The notes: a model not told the origin generated them from the letters alone. Shown: positions 8,477-17,634, counted from the first letter of the stretch. The stretch: 64,000 nucleotides of DNA from an uncultured bacterium (GCA_964568455.1 CAZMPJ010000007.1:9393-73392), one strand, 5' to 3'. Numbers and translations: made by a program.

Positions 8477-8782
8477 ATGATGTATGGCGGAATGGGTTAT
8501 GGAGTGGTTTTTGGATCACTGCTTGGTGTTTTGTTGCTGCTGGGCTTTGCTTATATTGTTGGGGCCCTTGCTAGTAAAGAAAGTGGCACAAATAAAACTG
8601 TTGGTCAGGTTATTGCTGCGGTAATTGCTATTATGGCAGTGATTATTCTTTTATACGGCACACTTTATGGTGGGGTGATGGGCAAGGGGGCCTGGTGCAA
8701 AAAAAGCAGATATAGTAAAAAGAAAATGATGATGATGAAGAAGGATATGATGCAAAAGCATATGGATAAGCTGGAAAAGTAG
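8477..8782 (+). CDS. small membrane protein with two TM helices and a Lys/Met-rich tail
   Basis: 101 aa. Two hydrophobic helices then KKSRYSKKKMMMMKKDMMQKHMDKLEK. GGAGG RBS. Confidence 0.4.
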   Translation: MMYGGMGYGVVFGSLLGVLLLLGFAYIVGALASKESGTNKTVGQVIAAVIAIMAVIILLYGTLYGGVMGKGAWCKKSRYSKKKMMMMKKDMMQKHMDKLEK

Positions 8783-8807
8783 TTAGACTTCACAGGTAAA
8801 AGTTGTT

Positions 8808-8833
8808 AAGCCCTATAATAAAAAATAGGGCTT
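8808..8833 (+). terminator. perfect 9-bp-stem hairpin (aagccctat/atagggctt) downstream of the 8477..8782 gene; its right arm overlaps the -35 box of the next promoter
   Basis: Inverted repeat read directly from the sequence. No clear U-tract follows, so terminator function is uncertain. Confidence 0.3.
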
Positions 8834-8859
8834 GACAAATATCTTAAATAGGTATAATA
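8832..8859 (+). promoter_or_regulatory. sigma70-like promoter (TTGACA-16nt-TATAAT) for the Rrf2-hcp operon; a 12-bp perfect palindrome ATATGTACATAT at 8857-8868 overlaps the predicted TSS and start codon
   Basis: Consensus -35 at 8832-8837 and -10 at 8854-8859. The ATG at 8870 is only about 10 nt downstream, which implies a leaderless or near-leaderless transcript. Confidence 0.45.
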
Positions 8860-8869
8860 TGTACATATT

Positions 8870-9265
8870 ATGAAAATAACAAGAGCATCAGATTTTGCGA
8901 TTCGTTTGTTGGTTCATTTAGCGTCGAAAGGTGGAGAGGGGACCAGTCAAGAACTTGCCAAAGAAATTAATGTTTCTTTTAATCATTTGGCAAAACTGGT
9001 TCCGATTTTAGCCAGGCACGGGTTTATTATTACCCAAAAAGGAAAAGGAGGCGGCATACGCTTAGCCAGGAATCCCAGGAAAATCGATTTGGCTGAAGTA
9101 ATTGAGGCAATTGAGGGTCCGCTTGTAATTAGTGATTGTATCTTCCATAAAAGTTCTTGCCGATTTAGTAAGGAATGCAAAGCCAGGAAGTGTTTGAATA
9201 AGGTTCGCAAAGGAATGTTAAAGGTTTTGTCTAACACAACAGTTAAAGAGTTAGTAGCAAATTAA
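8870..9265 (+). CDS. Rrf2-family transcriptional regulator with an Fe-S cluster-binding Cys motif (NsrR/IscR-like)
   Basis: N-terminal wHTH typical of Rrf2 (ASDFAIRLLVHLA...ELAKEINVSFNHLAKLV), GGG(I)RLAR motif, and C-x6-C-x5-C-x4-C near the C-terminus. Lies directly upstream of hcp. Confidence 0.85.
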   Translation: MKITRASDFAIRLLVHLASKGGEGTSQELAKEINVSFNHLAKLVPILARHGFIITQKGKGGGIRLARNPRKIDLAEVIEAIEGPLVISDCIFHKSSCRFSKECKARKCLNKVRKGMLKVLSNTTVKELVAN

Positions 9266-9287
9266 AATAGAAAGGAGGTGGAAAAAT

Positions 9288-9587
9288 ATGAATCTTGAAG
9301 AACTCAATGTTTTCTTAGAAGCAAACCCAGCCGTAGAGTGGACACAGGATGACGATGGTAATTTGTATTTTCGTCATGCTAATTTTGGTGCGGAAAATGA
9401 AAAGATAAAAGTAGAGCCCAAAGCATTAGAAAAGCTTACCGCAGAGAAGTTAGAAAAGGTTTTAATCGGTGGCAGAAATATTGACCATATTACTCGTGTT
9501 ACTGGTTACTTTTCCAGAGTTTCTGGATGGAACAAAGGTAAGCGTGGAGAGTTAAAAGATAGAGAGCGTGTAAAAGTACATGGTTAA
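9288..9587 (+). CDS. small protein resembling the C-terminal glycyl-radical segment of class III ribonucleotide reductase NrdD (autonomous glycyl-radical-like mini-protein)
   Basis: 99 aa. The C-terminus ITRVTGYFSRVSGWNKGKRGELKDRERVKVHG parallels the NrdD C-terminus (R-x-C-G-Y-L-G...N-x-G-K...E-V...R-V-K-H). No Cys residues. GGAGG RBS. Its 3-prime end overlaps the next gene by 8 nt. Confidence 0.4.
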   Translation: MNLEELNVFLEANPAVEWTQDDDGNLYFRHANFGAENEKIKVEPKALEKLTAEKLEKVLIGGRNIDHITRVTGYFSRVSGWNKGKRGELKDRERVKVHG

Positions 9588-10275
9588 ACGTAAGATTATA
9601 AAAATAGACGAAGATAAGTGTGATGGGTGCGGACAATGTGTTTCTGCTTGTGCCGAGGGTGCTCTCCAAATAGTAAATGGGAAAGCAAAGTTGGTTAGCG
9701 ATATCTATTGTGACGGCCTAGGAGCTTGCATTGGAGAGTGCCCTCAAGACGCAATTAGTTTTGAGGAAAGAGAAGCAAAAGAATTTAGCGAAAAAGCAGT
9801 GAAAGAGAGGGAAAAGCAAATGTCTGGATGTCCGGGGGCAAAGGTTGTGGAATTTTCTAAGGAAGAAGGTAAGGCCGAAGAGGGAAAAAGATCCTCACAG
9901 CTTAGGCAGTGGCCAATTCAGCTGCATTTAGTTCCTCCTTCTGCTCCTTATTTCAAAGGGGCAGATGTGTTGCTAGCGGCAGATTGTGTGGCTTTTTCTT
10001 TGGGAGATTTTCATAAAGATTATTTAAAAGGAAAAAGCTTAGCTATTGCTTGTCCAAAACTAGATAGCGATCAAGAGATTTACATAGAAAAAATTAAATC
10101 ATTGATTGATGACGCTAAAATTAATACTTTGACTGTGATGATTATGCAGGTCCCATGTTGTGGTGGCTTATTACAAATTGCAAAAACTGCGGCAACAAAA
10201 GCCTCAAGAAAAATTCCGATTAAGGTGATTGTAATTGGTTTGAATGGAGATGTTCTAAAAGAAGAATGGGTATAG
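9580..10275 (+). CDS. ferredoxin-like 4Fe-4S-binding domain protein with a C-terminal domain of unknown function (PCCGG motif)
   Basis: CDGCGQCVSAC (C-x2-C-x2-C-x3-C) and a second CDGLGACIGECP motif in the N-terminal 60 aa, then roughly 170 aa unrecognised. Translationally coupled to the upstream mini-protein and followed by hcp. Confidence 0.6.
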   Translation: MVKRKIIKIDEDKCDGCGQCVSACAEGALQIVNGKAKLVSDIYCDGLGACIGECPQDAISFEEREAKEFSEKAVKEREKQMSGCPGAKVVEFSKEEGKAEEGKRSSQLRQWPIQLHLVPPSAPYFKGADVLLAADCVAFSLGDFHKDYLKGKSLAIACPKLDSDQEIYIEKIKSLIDDAKINTLTVMIMQVPCCGGLLQIAKTAATKASRKIPIKVIVIGLNGDVLKEEWV

Positions 10276-10305
10276 CTTATATAATAATGAAAGGAAAAAG
10301 ATAAA

Positions 10306-11943
10306 ATGAGTATGTTTTGTGATCAATGTCAGGAAACGGTAAAGAATAAGGGTTGTACAGTAGCTGGAGTCTGTGGAAAAAATGAGGAAGTGGCTAATTT
10401 ACAGGATTTAATCTTATACCTGCTTAAAGGAATTGGATATTTGGCCTACAACTTAAGGCAGCAGGGAGAGGTAGATGAAAAAACTGACCGCTTTATTTTA
10501 GAGGCACTTTTTATTACGATTACCAATGTCAATTTTGATTCAAAGAAAATGATTCAAATTGTAGAAAAAGCTTTGGCCATAAGAGACGAATTAAAAACTA
10601 AACTTAAAGCCAAAAACTTGCCTGAATCAGTATTGTGGCATCCTGATAATGGCAAAAAAAGTTATCTTAATAAAGCAGCTCAGGTTGGTTTCTTATCTAT
10701 TGAAGACGCGGATTTGCGTTCTTTAGTGGCAATCTTAATTTATGGATTAAAAGGTTTGGTTGCTTATGCTGACCATGCTTTAATTCTGGGGAAAAAAGAT
10801 CCAGTCATATTTGAGTTTATTGAAAAAACATTAGCTTATCTGGCTGGAAAAAATCTGGAAAGCGAACAATTATTAGCCTTGATTTTAGAAACAGGTCAAA
10901 TGGGAGTTAAAACCATGGCTCTGCTTGATGGTGCTAATACTACAAAATATGGTAATCCAGAAATTACTGAAGTAAATACTGGAGTAGAGTCAAAGCCAGC
11001 GATTTTGGTCAGTGGCCATGATTTATTGGATTTAGAAGAAATATTGATTCAAAGCGAAGGAAAAGAAATCAATGTTTATACTCACGGGGAAATGTTGCCA
11101 GCCAACGCTTATCCAGAGTTAAAAAAATATAAGCATTTAAAAGGAAATTATGGTAGCTCCTGGTATAACCAGCAAAAAGAATTTGATGGATTTGGCGGCG
11201 CGATTGTTATGACTACTAACTGTTTGCAAAAACCAAAAAATTCTTATGAAGACCGTATTTTTACTACTGGTTTAGTAGGTTGGCCTGGAATTAGTCATAT
11301 TGCCAATCGACAAGCGGGTAAGTCGAAGAATTTTAGCTCGGTAATTGAAAAAGCTTTGTTGCTTGGTCCAATTGACGCAAAAGCAGGCAAAAAGATTGTC
11401 ATTGGTTTTGCCCACGGAACATTACTAGGAGTAGCGGATAAGATTATTAGCGCGGTTAAAAGCGGTAAGATAAAAAGATTTTTTGTGATGGCCGGTTGTG
11501 ACGGGCGCAGCAAAGAAAGAGAATATTTTACCCAATTAGCAGAAAAGCTTCCGGCAGACACGGTGATTTTAACTGCCGGCTGTGCCAAGTATCGCTATAA
11601 CCTGTTGGATTTAGGTCAAATTGACGGCATTCCCAGGGTAATTGATGCTGGCCAATGTAATGATTCTTATTCCTTAGTAGTTGTTGCTTTAAAGCTGGCT
11701 GAAATCTTTAAGGTTAAAGATGTAAATGATTTACCGATTTCATTTGATATTGCCTGGTATGAGCAAAAGGCAGTCTTGGTTTTATTAGCTTTGCTTTCTT
11801 TAGGCGTAAAGAATATTCGTTTAGGCCCAACTTTGCCGGCCTTTGTTTCCCCTTCAGTCTTAAATGTGTTGGTTGATAAATTTAATTTAAAGCCAACGCA
11901 AGAAGTAGAAAAGGATATAGAATTAATGCTTCAAGGAAAATGA
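10306..11943 (+). CDS. hcp: hybrid cluster protein (hydroxylamine reductase / prismane)
   Basis: N-terminal CDQCQET...C...C Cys motif. 545 aa. Conserved hybrid-cluster ligand regions (VSGHD, MAGCDG, GQCNDSYS). Confidence 0.92.
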   Translation: MSMFCDQCQETVKNKGCTVAGVCGKNEEVANLQDLILYLLKGIGYLAYNLRQQGEVDEKTDRFILEALFITITNVNFDSKKMIQIVEKALAIRDELKTKLKAKNLPESVLWHPDNGKKSYLNKAAQVGFLSIEDADLRSLVAILIYGLKGLVAYADHALILGKKDPVIFEFIEKTLAYLAGKNLESEQLLALILETGQMGVKTMALLDGANTTKYGNPEITEVNTGVESKPAILVSGHDLLDLEEILIQSEGKEINVYTHGEMLPANAYPELKKYKHLKGNYGSSWYNQQKEFDGFGGAIVMTTNCLQKPKNSYEDRIFTTGLVGWPGISHIANRQAGKSKNFSSVIEKALLLGPIDAKAGKKIVIGFAHGTLLGVADKIISAVKSGKIKRFFVMAGCDGRSKEREYFTQLAEKLPADTVILTAGCAKYRYNLLDLGQIDGIPRVIDAGQCNDSYSLVVVALKLAEIFKVKDVNDLPISFDIAWYEQKAVLVLLALLSLGVKNIRLGPTLPAFVSPSVLNVLVDKFNLKPTQEVEKDIELMLQGK

Positions 11944-11944
11944 G

Positions 11945-12334
11945 ATGAAAAATGAGTTGCTGCGGGAGATGGAAAAATATTTTGGCAAAGATACTAAGCG
12001 GATTAATCATGCGCGTAAAGTATTGTCTTACGCAGAAGAAAAATTAGAGATAGATGGGGTTGACGAGCAAATTGTTATTGCCTCCGCGATCCTGCATGAT
12101 ATTGGCATTCATGCGGCAGAAAGAAAATATAATTCAAATGCTGGACAATATCAGGAAGTAGAGGGGCCGCCGATTGCTAAAAGAATCTTAGAAAAGATCA
12201 ATTTTCCTAAAGAGAAAATAAAGGAAGTTTTAGATATTATTGCTCACCATCATTCACCAGGGATTATAACAACCAAAAACTTTGATGTTTTGTTTGAAGC
12301 TGATTGTCGAGTTAATCGTGAAGAGTCTTCTTAA
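11945..12334 (+). CDS. HD-domain phosphohydrolase-like protein
   Basis: 129 aa with HD metal-binding signature ILHDIG...HHHS. Confidence 0.65.
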   Translation: MKNELLREMEKYFGKDTKRINHARKVLSYAEEKLEIDGVDEQIVIASAILHDIGIHAAERKYNSNAGQYQEVEGPPIAKRILEKINFPKEKIKEVLDIIAHHHSPGIITTKNFDVLFEADCRVNREESS

Positions 12335-13562
12335 TAGATTGATAGGTAATATTAAGCAATTTTATTAATTCATGGTTTTTAATGCTCAAAGGTGGCATTA
12401 AAACGATAACATTGCCTAAAGGCCGCAGAATTGCTCCTCTTTTTCGAGCTTCCAGTATAACTTGATGTCCAATTCTTTGCTCCGGGGAAAATCCTGCCAG
12501 TTCAATTCCTACCATGAACCCGCATTGTTTAATTTCAGCAACTTGAGGAATATTTTTGAAAGATTTTAACTTTTCCATCAACAATTTAATCTTTGGTTGG
12601 AGTTTTTTAATAGTGTTTTCTTTTTTAAAGATTTCCAAATTAGCTAAAGCCGCAGCACAGCCGAGCGGATTGCCGGTATAAGTGTGCCCATGGAAAAAGG
12701 TTTTATTATCTTCGGGCTTTCCAAGAAAAGCATTGAATATTTTCTTGGTAGTTAAAGTTGCAGCTATAGGCAAATATCCTCCGGTTATCCCTTTGGCCAG
12801 GCACATAATATCGGGAGAAACATTTTCGTGTTCACAAGCAAACATTTTTCCTGTCCGACCAAAACCAGTGGCCACTTCATCGCAAATCAAAAGAATATTA
12901 TATTTTGTGCAGAGTTTTTTAACGCCTTTTAAAAATCCTTTGGGTTGGAGGAGCATTCCAGCTGCACCTTGAACCAATGGTTCCACAATCATGGCCGCAA
13001 TTTCTCGATGATGTTTTCTCATTATTTTTTCAACGGCTTTTAAATCAATTGGAGCTTTAAATGAGTTAAACAAGAGCGGTCTATAGATTTTATGGAAAAG
13101 ATCTATTCCTCCAACTGAAACTGAACCAACCGTGTCTCCATGGTAGGCGTTTTTCAGAGTCAAGAATTTGGTCTTTTTATTTTTACCAATAAGTTGTTGG
13201 TATTGAAACGCAATTTTGAGTGCTATTTCAACCGCGGTTGATCCATCGTCAGAGTAAAAAACCTTATCTAGTCCTTTGGGCGTGATTTTAACCAGTTCTT
13301 TGGCTAGTTTAGCAGCAGGAACATTGCTCAAGCCCAGTAGAGTGGAGTGGGCGATTTTTTTGAGTTGTTTTTGGATAGCTTGGTTGATTTCTTTTTTGTT
13401 GTGGCCATGAACCGTGACCCAAAGGGACGAGACCCCGTCAATATATTTATTTCCCTTGGTGTCATAAAGATAAATCCCATCTCCGCGCTCAATCGTGAGC
13501 TGCTCGTTTTTCAGCCAATCCTTCATTTGAGTAAAGGGATGCCAAATTATTTTTTTTGCCAT
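12312..13562 (-). CDS. bioA: adenosylmethionine-8-amino-7-oxononanoate aminotransferase
   Basis: 416 aa class-III PLP aminotransferase. N-terminal IWHPFTQM typical of BioA. Sits in the biotin cluster. Confidence 0.88.
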   Translation of the reverse strand: MAKKIIWHPFTQMKDWLKNEQLTIERGDGIYLYDTKGNKYIDGVSSLWVTVHGHNKKEINQAIQKQLKKIAHSTLLGLSNVPAAKLAKELVKITPKGLDKVFYSDDGSTAVEIALKIAFQYQQLIGKNKKTKFLTLKNAYHGDTVGSVSVGGIDLFHKIYRPLLFNSFKAPIDLKAVEKIMRKHHREIAAMIVEPLVQGAAGMLLQPKGFLKGVKKLCTKYNILLICDEVATGFGRTGKMFACEHENVSPDIMCLAKGITGGYLPIAATLTTKKIFNAFLGKPEDNKTFFHGHTYTGNPLGCAAALANLEIFKKENTIKKLQPKIKLLMEKLKSFKNIPQVAEIKQCGFMVGIELAGFSPEQRIGHQVILEARKRGAILRPLGNVIVLMPPLSIKNHELIKLLNITYQSIKKTLHD

Positions 13563-14158
13563 TTTACTGTTCCAATTACTTTTATCTTAGTTAACTTTTC
13601 AATAATCTCTGGATTAGTTTTTTCAGATAGTTTTCCTTTAAATCCATTCATAACAATACCAATGATATCGATTTTTCGTTTTTTTAAGGCTTCGACAGTT
13701 AAAAGAGTGTGATTAAGGGTGCCTAAGCCTGCCCGAGCCACGATTAAGGTTGGAAGTTTCAAATCCTTAATCAGATCTACAACTAGATAGTTTTTAGTAA
13801 TTGGCACCAGTGTTCCGCCCACGCCTTCAACTAAAACTAAATCATGTTTCTTTTCCAATTCCTTTAAAGCTGTTTTGATTTTATTTTTATTAAAACGGAA
13901 CTTTTTCTTTTTATGAAGTTCATTGGCATAAGGGGCCAGGGGAAGTGGTAAGTTATAAGGGTTGATCAATTCAAGCGGATCTTTTAATTTTAGTTTCTTC
14001 TTTAAATAAACTGCATCATTATCTTTTTTAGGACCACAAGAGATTGGCTTGAGTATACCCACATCAATGCCTTGCTCAATCAGGTATTGAGCCAAAAGCA
14101 AAGTGATAAAGGTTTTGCCTACCTCGGTATCAGTTCCTGTAATGAAGATAGAAGACAT
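13547..14158 (-). CDS. bioD: dethiobiotin synthetase
   Basis: MSSIFITGTDTEVGKTF P-loop, 203 aa. Confidence 0.88.
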   Translation of the reverse strand: MSSIFITGTDTEVGKTFITLLLAQYLIEQGIDVGILKPISCGPKKDNDAVYLKKKLKLKDPLELINPYNLPLPLAPYANELHKKKKFRFNKNKIKTALKELEKKHDLVLVEGVGGTLVPITKNYLVVDLIKDLKLPTLIVARAGLGTLNHTLLTVEALKKRKIDIIGIVMNGFKGKLSEKTNPEIIEKLTKIKVIGTVKWQKK

Positions 14159-15204
14159 TCAATCTCCTCCTTAGTATGGGCGGCGCTTACGGTTATGCGC
14201 AGACGACTTTTCCCCTCGGGAACTGTTGGCGGCCTAATTCCAGAAACGAAAATTCCTTTGGCAAATAATTTCTCTGAAATTTCCATGGTTTTCTTTGCAT
14301 CACCGATTAAGATAGGAATAATAGGTGTTTTCGCATCACTTTTTATTAAGCGTGCGTTTGTTTTTAGTTGCTCAATTAAACCTGGGTTAGATTCAATTAT
14401 TTCAAAAGCTGCAATGGAAGCGGCACAACAAGTGGGCGGAAGTGCAGTTGTATAAATAAAACTGCGGGATTTATTGACAAGAAAATCAATTAATTCTTTT
14501 TTCCCTGCTACAAAACCGCCTAAACTGCCAATTGCCTTAGACAGGGTACCCATGACAATATCAACTTGTCCTTCAATGCCAAAGTATTCTTCTGCGCCGC
14601 GGCCGGTTTTACCAATGGTTCCAGTTGCATGGGCTTCGTCAATCATGGTTATGGCATTATATTTTTTGGCTAAGGCAACGATTTGGGGTAGAGGAGCAAT
14701 ATCTCCGTCCATGCTAAAGACAGAATCGGTAATAATCAATTTCTTTTTAAATTTTTCTGATTGTTGAAGTATTTTTTCTAATGCTGCCATATCTTTATGC
14801 GGATAAACCTTTAATTTTGCTTTTGAAAGACGGCAGCCGTCAATAATTGAAGCATGGTTTAAGCGATCAATAATAATTAAATCTTTTTCATTGGTTAGCG
14901 CGCTGATTACTCCTAAATTAGCCATATAACCGGTTGGAAATACAATAGCTGCTTCCCGTTTTTTAAATTTAGCAATTTTATTTTCTAATTCTTCATGAAT
15001 AGGAATGTTGCCGCTGACCAAACGTGAAGCGCCGGATCCTGTTTTTAGTCCTTTTGTGGCTTCTATTATTTTAGGATGGTTAGTTAAGCCTAGATAATCA
15101 TTTGAACAGAAAATAAGATGTTTTTTAGGGTCTATGATTTTTAGTTGCCGGTAAAGACCGGATTTTTTAAGAGAGTCTAATTCTTGATTAATAAAGTCAA
15201 ACAT
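14119..15204 (-). CDS. bioF: 8-amino-7-oxononanoate synthase
   Basis: 361 aa alpha-oxoamine synthase fold (PLP Lys region SKAIGSLGG). Lies between bioD and bioB. Confidence 0.85.
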   Translation of the reverse strand: MFDFINQELDSLKKSGLYRQLKIIDPKKHLIFCSNDYLGLTNHPKIIEATKGLKTGSGASRLVSGNIPIHEELENKIAKFKKREAAIVFPTGYMANLGVISALTNEKDLIIIDRLNHASIIDGCRLSKAKLKVYPHKDMAALEKILQQSEKFKKKLIITDSVFSMDGDIAPLPQIVALAKKYNAITMIDEAHATGTIGKTGRGAEEYFGIEGQVDIVMGTLSKAIGSLGGFVAGKKELIDFLVNKSRSFIYTTALPPTCCAASIAAFEIIESNPGLIEQLKTNARLIKSDAKTPIIPILIGDAKKTMEISEKLFAKGIFVSGIRPPTVPEGKSRLRITVSAAHTKEEIECLLSSLQELIPR

Positions 15205-16142
15205 CAGCGATCAATTTCTAGCCCTAAATTCTGGATTATTTCCAGATCTTTTTCCGGGGCTTGGCCTTGGGTGGTTAAATAATCTCCCACCAAAGTTACG
15301 TTTGCTCCAGCCATAAACATTAAAGGCTGTAATGTTCCTAGCGCTTTTTCTCGTCCACCAAAAACACCGATGTCTGCTTGAGGTAGGATAAAGCGATAGG
15401 TGGCGACTAAGCGTAAAACTTCAAGTGGGGTCATGGGCTGGTAATTTTCTGCTGCAGGAGTGCCTTTAATTGGATTAAGGATATTAATGGGTACAGATTC
15501 AACTTCAAGCTCTCTTAAAGCAAATGCAAGTTCAACCCTTTGTTCTAAGCTTTCACCTAAGCCAAAAATCCCGCCTGAACAAACTTCCAATCCAGCTTGT
15601 TTGGCTAGTTTTATTGTTTGTAATCTTTCAGCGTAAGTATGGGTGGTGCAAACTTGATCAAAAAAACTTTCTGCGCATTCTAAATTATGGTGCAAACGTT
15701 TTAAACCGTTTTGTTTTAATCTTTTTATTTCTTCAAGCGAAAGGGTTCCCAGCGACACGCAGCGATTTAAACTGGTTTGTTGTTCTATTTCTTTGATGGC
15801 AGTGCTAATAGTATCCATTTCTGCTTTGGTTTTAACTGTTTTACCTGAAGTTACAATGCTAAAGCAGGTTGCTTGCATGTTTTTTTCTGATGTTTTGGCT
15901 GCGTTTGATATTTCTTTTGCAGCTAATAACGAGTGGGACTCAGCAGAAGTTTTATGATGGCCGGATTGCGCGCAAAAAGAGCAGTTTTCGCTGCAGCGGC
16001 CGGATTTAGCACTGACAATCGCGCAAAGTTTTACTTTATTGCCTTTATATTGTTGCCGGATTTTGTTAGCTTCTGCTAATAAAGCGAAGGTTTTTTCGTC
16101 GGGGGTGCTGATTAATTCCAATGCCTCTTTAGCTGAAATCAT
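15204..16142 (-). CDS. bioB: biotin synthase (radical SAM)
   Basis: CSENCSFC radical-SAM motif, 312 aa, YxTxR-like C-terminal region. Confidence 0.9.
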   Translation of the reverse strand: MISAKEALELISTPDEKTFALLAEANKIRQQYKGNKVKLCAIVSAKSGRCSENCSFCAQSGHHKTSAESHSLLAAKEISNAAKTSEKNMQATCFSIVTSGKTVKTKAEMDTISTAIKEIEQQTSLNRCVSLGTLSLEEIKRLKQNGLKRLHHNLECAESFFDQVCTTHTYAERLQTIKLAKQAGLEVCSGGIFGLGESLEQRVELAFALRELEVESVPINILNPIKGTPAAENYQPMTPLEVLRLVATYRFILPQADIGVFGGREKALGTLQPLMFMAGANVTLVGDYLTTQGQAPEKDLEIIQNLGLEIDR

Positions 16143-16159
16143 GTTATGATTATAACATA

Positions 16160-16819
16160 ATGACGTCTATTTTGTTTATCCACGGCTTTGCTACCGGCCC
16201 TCTGGTCTGGCAGGACCAAGTCCGGGAATTTGGTCAAAATTATCAGGTAGTTACTGATGTAGCGCAGATTGACCATTCAAGCGATGTTTTTATTGTGGGT
16301 TGGTCCATGGGAGGCTGGAAGGCGCTGGATTTGTGGCAGGAACATCATCAAAAGGTTAAAGGTTTGATCCTAGTCTCTGCTTTTCCCAAGTATGTTAAAA
16401 GCCTGGATTATCCCTGCGGTACTTCTTTAGCGCTTTTAAAAAAGCTGGAAAAAAGGTTTTTGACTGATTACCGCGCTGGTTTAGTTTATTTTTATGACTT
16501 AATCTTTAAAGATGAAAAATACAAAAAATTAGCCAAGGTTTTGCCGGTGCCGGAAAAACATGATCAATTAAAATGGTTTGAACGGCTAGAGCATGATGAT
16601 AAAAGAGCTGTTTTGCCAAAAATTGATATTCCAGTTCTTTTAATTCAGGGAGAACAAGACCCAATTGTTTCTTCTGCCACTGCAAAATATTTAAAAGACA
16701 ATATTCCTCAAGCAGAGCTGCATCTTTTACCTGGGATAGGGCATGCGCCACAGTTAGAAGACCCTAAGCAGTTTAATCAAATTTTAAAGGATTTCATTAT
16801 TAACTGTGAAAAACAATAA
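16160..16819 (+). CDS. bioH: pimeloyl-ACP methyl ester esterase-like alpha/beta hydrolase
   Basis: LFIHGFATG, GWSMGG nucleophile elbow, GHAPQLEDP. Divergent from bioB and followed by bioC. Confidence 0.65.
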   Translation: MTSILFIHGFATGPLVWQDQVREFGQNYQVVTDVAQIDHSSDVFIVGWSMGGWKALDLWQEHHQKVKGLILVSAFPKYVKSLDYPCGTSLALLKKLEKRFLTDYRAGLVYFYDLIFKDEKYKKLAKVLPVPEKHDQLKWFERLEHDDKRAVLPKIDIPVLLIQGEQDPIVSSATAKYLKDNIPQAELHLLPGIGHAPQLEDPKQFNQILKDFIINCEKQ

Positions 16820-17525
16820 AAAGACTATTAAGCAGAATTTTTCTGCTAGTGCGCTAACTTATGAGCTTGATCCTGGATTGCACCAGACCATTATAAACCA
16901 AGTTTTAAATTTATTAACCGGTGATTACCATAATATATTGGATGTTGGTTGTGGCACTGGGGTTTTGTTGGAAGAGCTGACTCGACGCTATCCTAAGGCA
17001 GAATGTGTTGGCCTAGACCTTTCAGAGGGGATGGTTAAACAGGCTCAGAATAAAATTAAGCAAAAGCAGGTTAAATTTATAGTGGGAGACGGAGAAACGC
17101 TTCCTTTTCCTGATCAATCCTTTGATTTGGTAGTTAGTACGTCAGCTTTGCATTGGATGGATTATAAGCAGGTGTTTGCTGAAGTTGCTCGAGTTTTAAA
17201 GCCAGGCGGAACATTCTGTTTAGCTACTTTTGGACCTGAAACTTTAAAAGAAATAAAGGAAATAGGGCTAGAGGTAAACGATTTTCCTTCAAAAAATGAG
17301 CTAGAAAATGCTTTAAAAGATTTTTTTGCTAGTAAACCGTTGGCAAAAAGTATTATTGTTAAGGAATATAAGAATATTTACGCTCTTTTTAAATATCTTC
17401 AACAAATTGGGGCTCAAACTCCTTTGACCTCGGCCAAAAAAGGATTAAGTCCTAAAAAGAATCTTCCTCAAGGTAAAATTAAAGTAAATTTTGAAGTGTA
17501 TCTGGGGACTTTTAAGCGGATATGA
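16806..17525 (+). CDS. bioC: malonyl-ACP O-methyltransferase
   Basis: SAM-MTase motif LDVGCGTG. 239 aa. Overlaps the bioH stop. Confidence 0.72.
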   Translation: MKNNKKTIKQNFSASALTYELDPGLHQTIINQVLNLLTGDYHNILDVGCGTGVLLEELTRRYPKAECVGLDLSEGMVKQAQNKIKQKQVKFIVGDGETLPFPDQSFDLVVSTSALHWMDYKQVFAEVARVLKPGGTFCLATFGPETLKEIKEIGLEVNDFPSKNELENALKDFFASKPLAKSIIVKEYKNIYALFKYLQQIGAQTPLTSAKKGLSPKKNLPQGKIKVNFEVYLGTFKRI

Positions 17526-17539
17526 TATAATCAATTATA

Positions 17540-17627
17540 TTAAGGGGTGCCCAAAATAGATTGGGCTGAGATCCTGCCGGAGGCGGGAAACCCGTAGAAC
17601 CTGATCAGGTTAAAACCTGCGGAGGGA
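17540..17627 (+). promoter_or_regulatory. TPP (THI-box) riboswitch
   Basis: GGGGUGCCC...CUGAGA...ACCCGUAGAACCUGAUCAGGUUAAAACCUGCGGAGGGAG matches the conserved THI element (CUGAGA and ACCUGAUCUGGUUAAUACCAGCGUAGGGA-type 3-prime half). The 3-prime GGAGGGAG doubles as the thiG RBS. Confidence 0.85.
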
Positions 17628-17634
17628 GAAAAAA

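Noticed and set aside
8477-8782. The Lys/Met-rich tail (KKKMMMMKKDMMQKHMDK) as a sign of a spurious ORF
   Set aside because: It was kept as a low-confidence feature. A GGAGG RBS, two clear TM helices and a position between two same-strand genes make it more likely to be real than not.
13347-14455. Plus-strand ORFs 13347..13712 and 14072..14455 across bioA/bioD/bioF
   Set aside because: Both are antisense to the strongly supported biotin genes. Their translations are low-complexity with no motifs.
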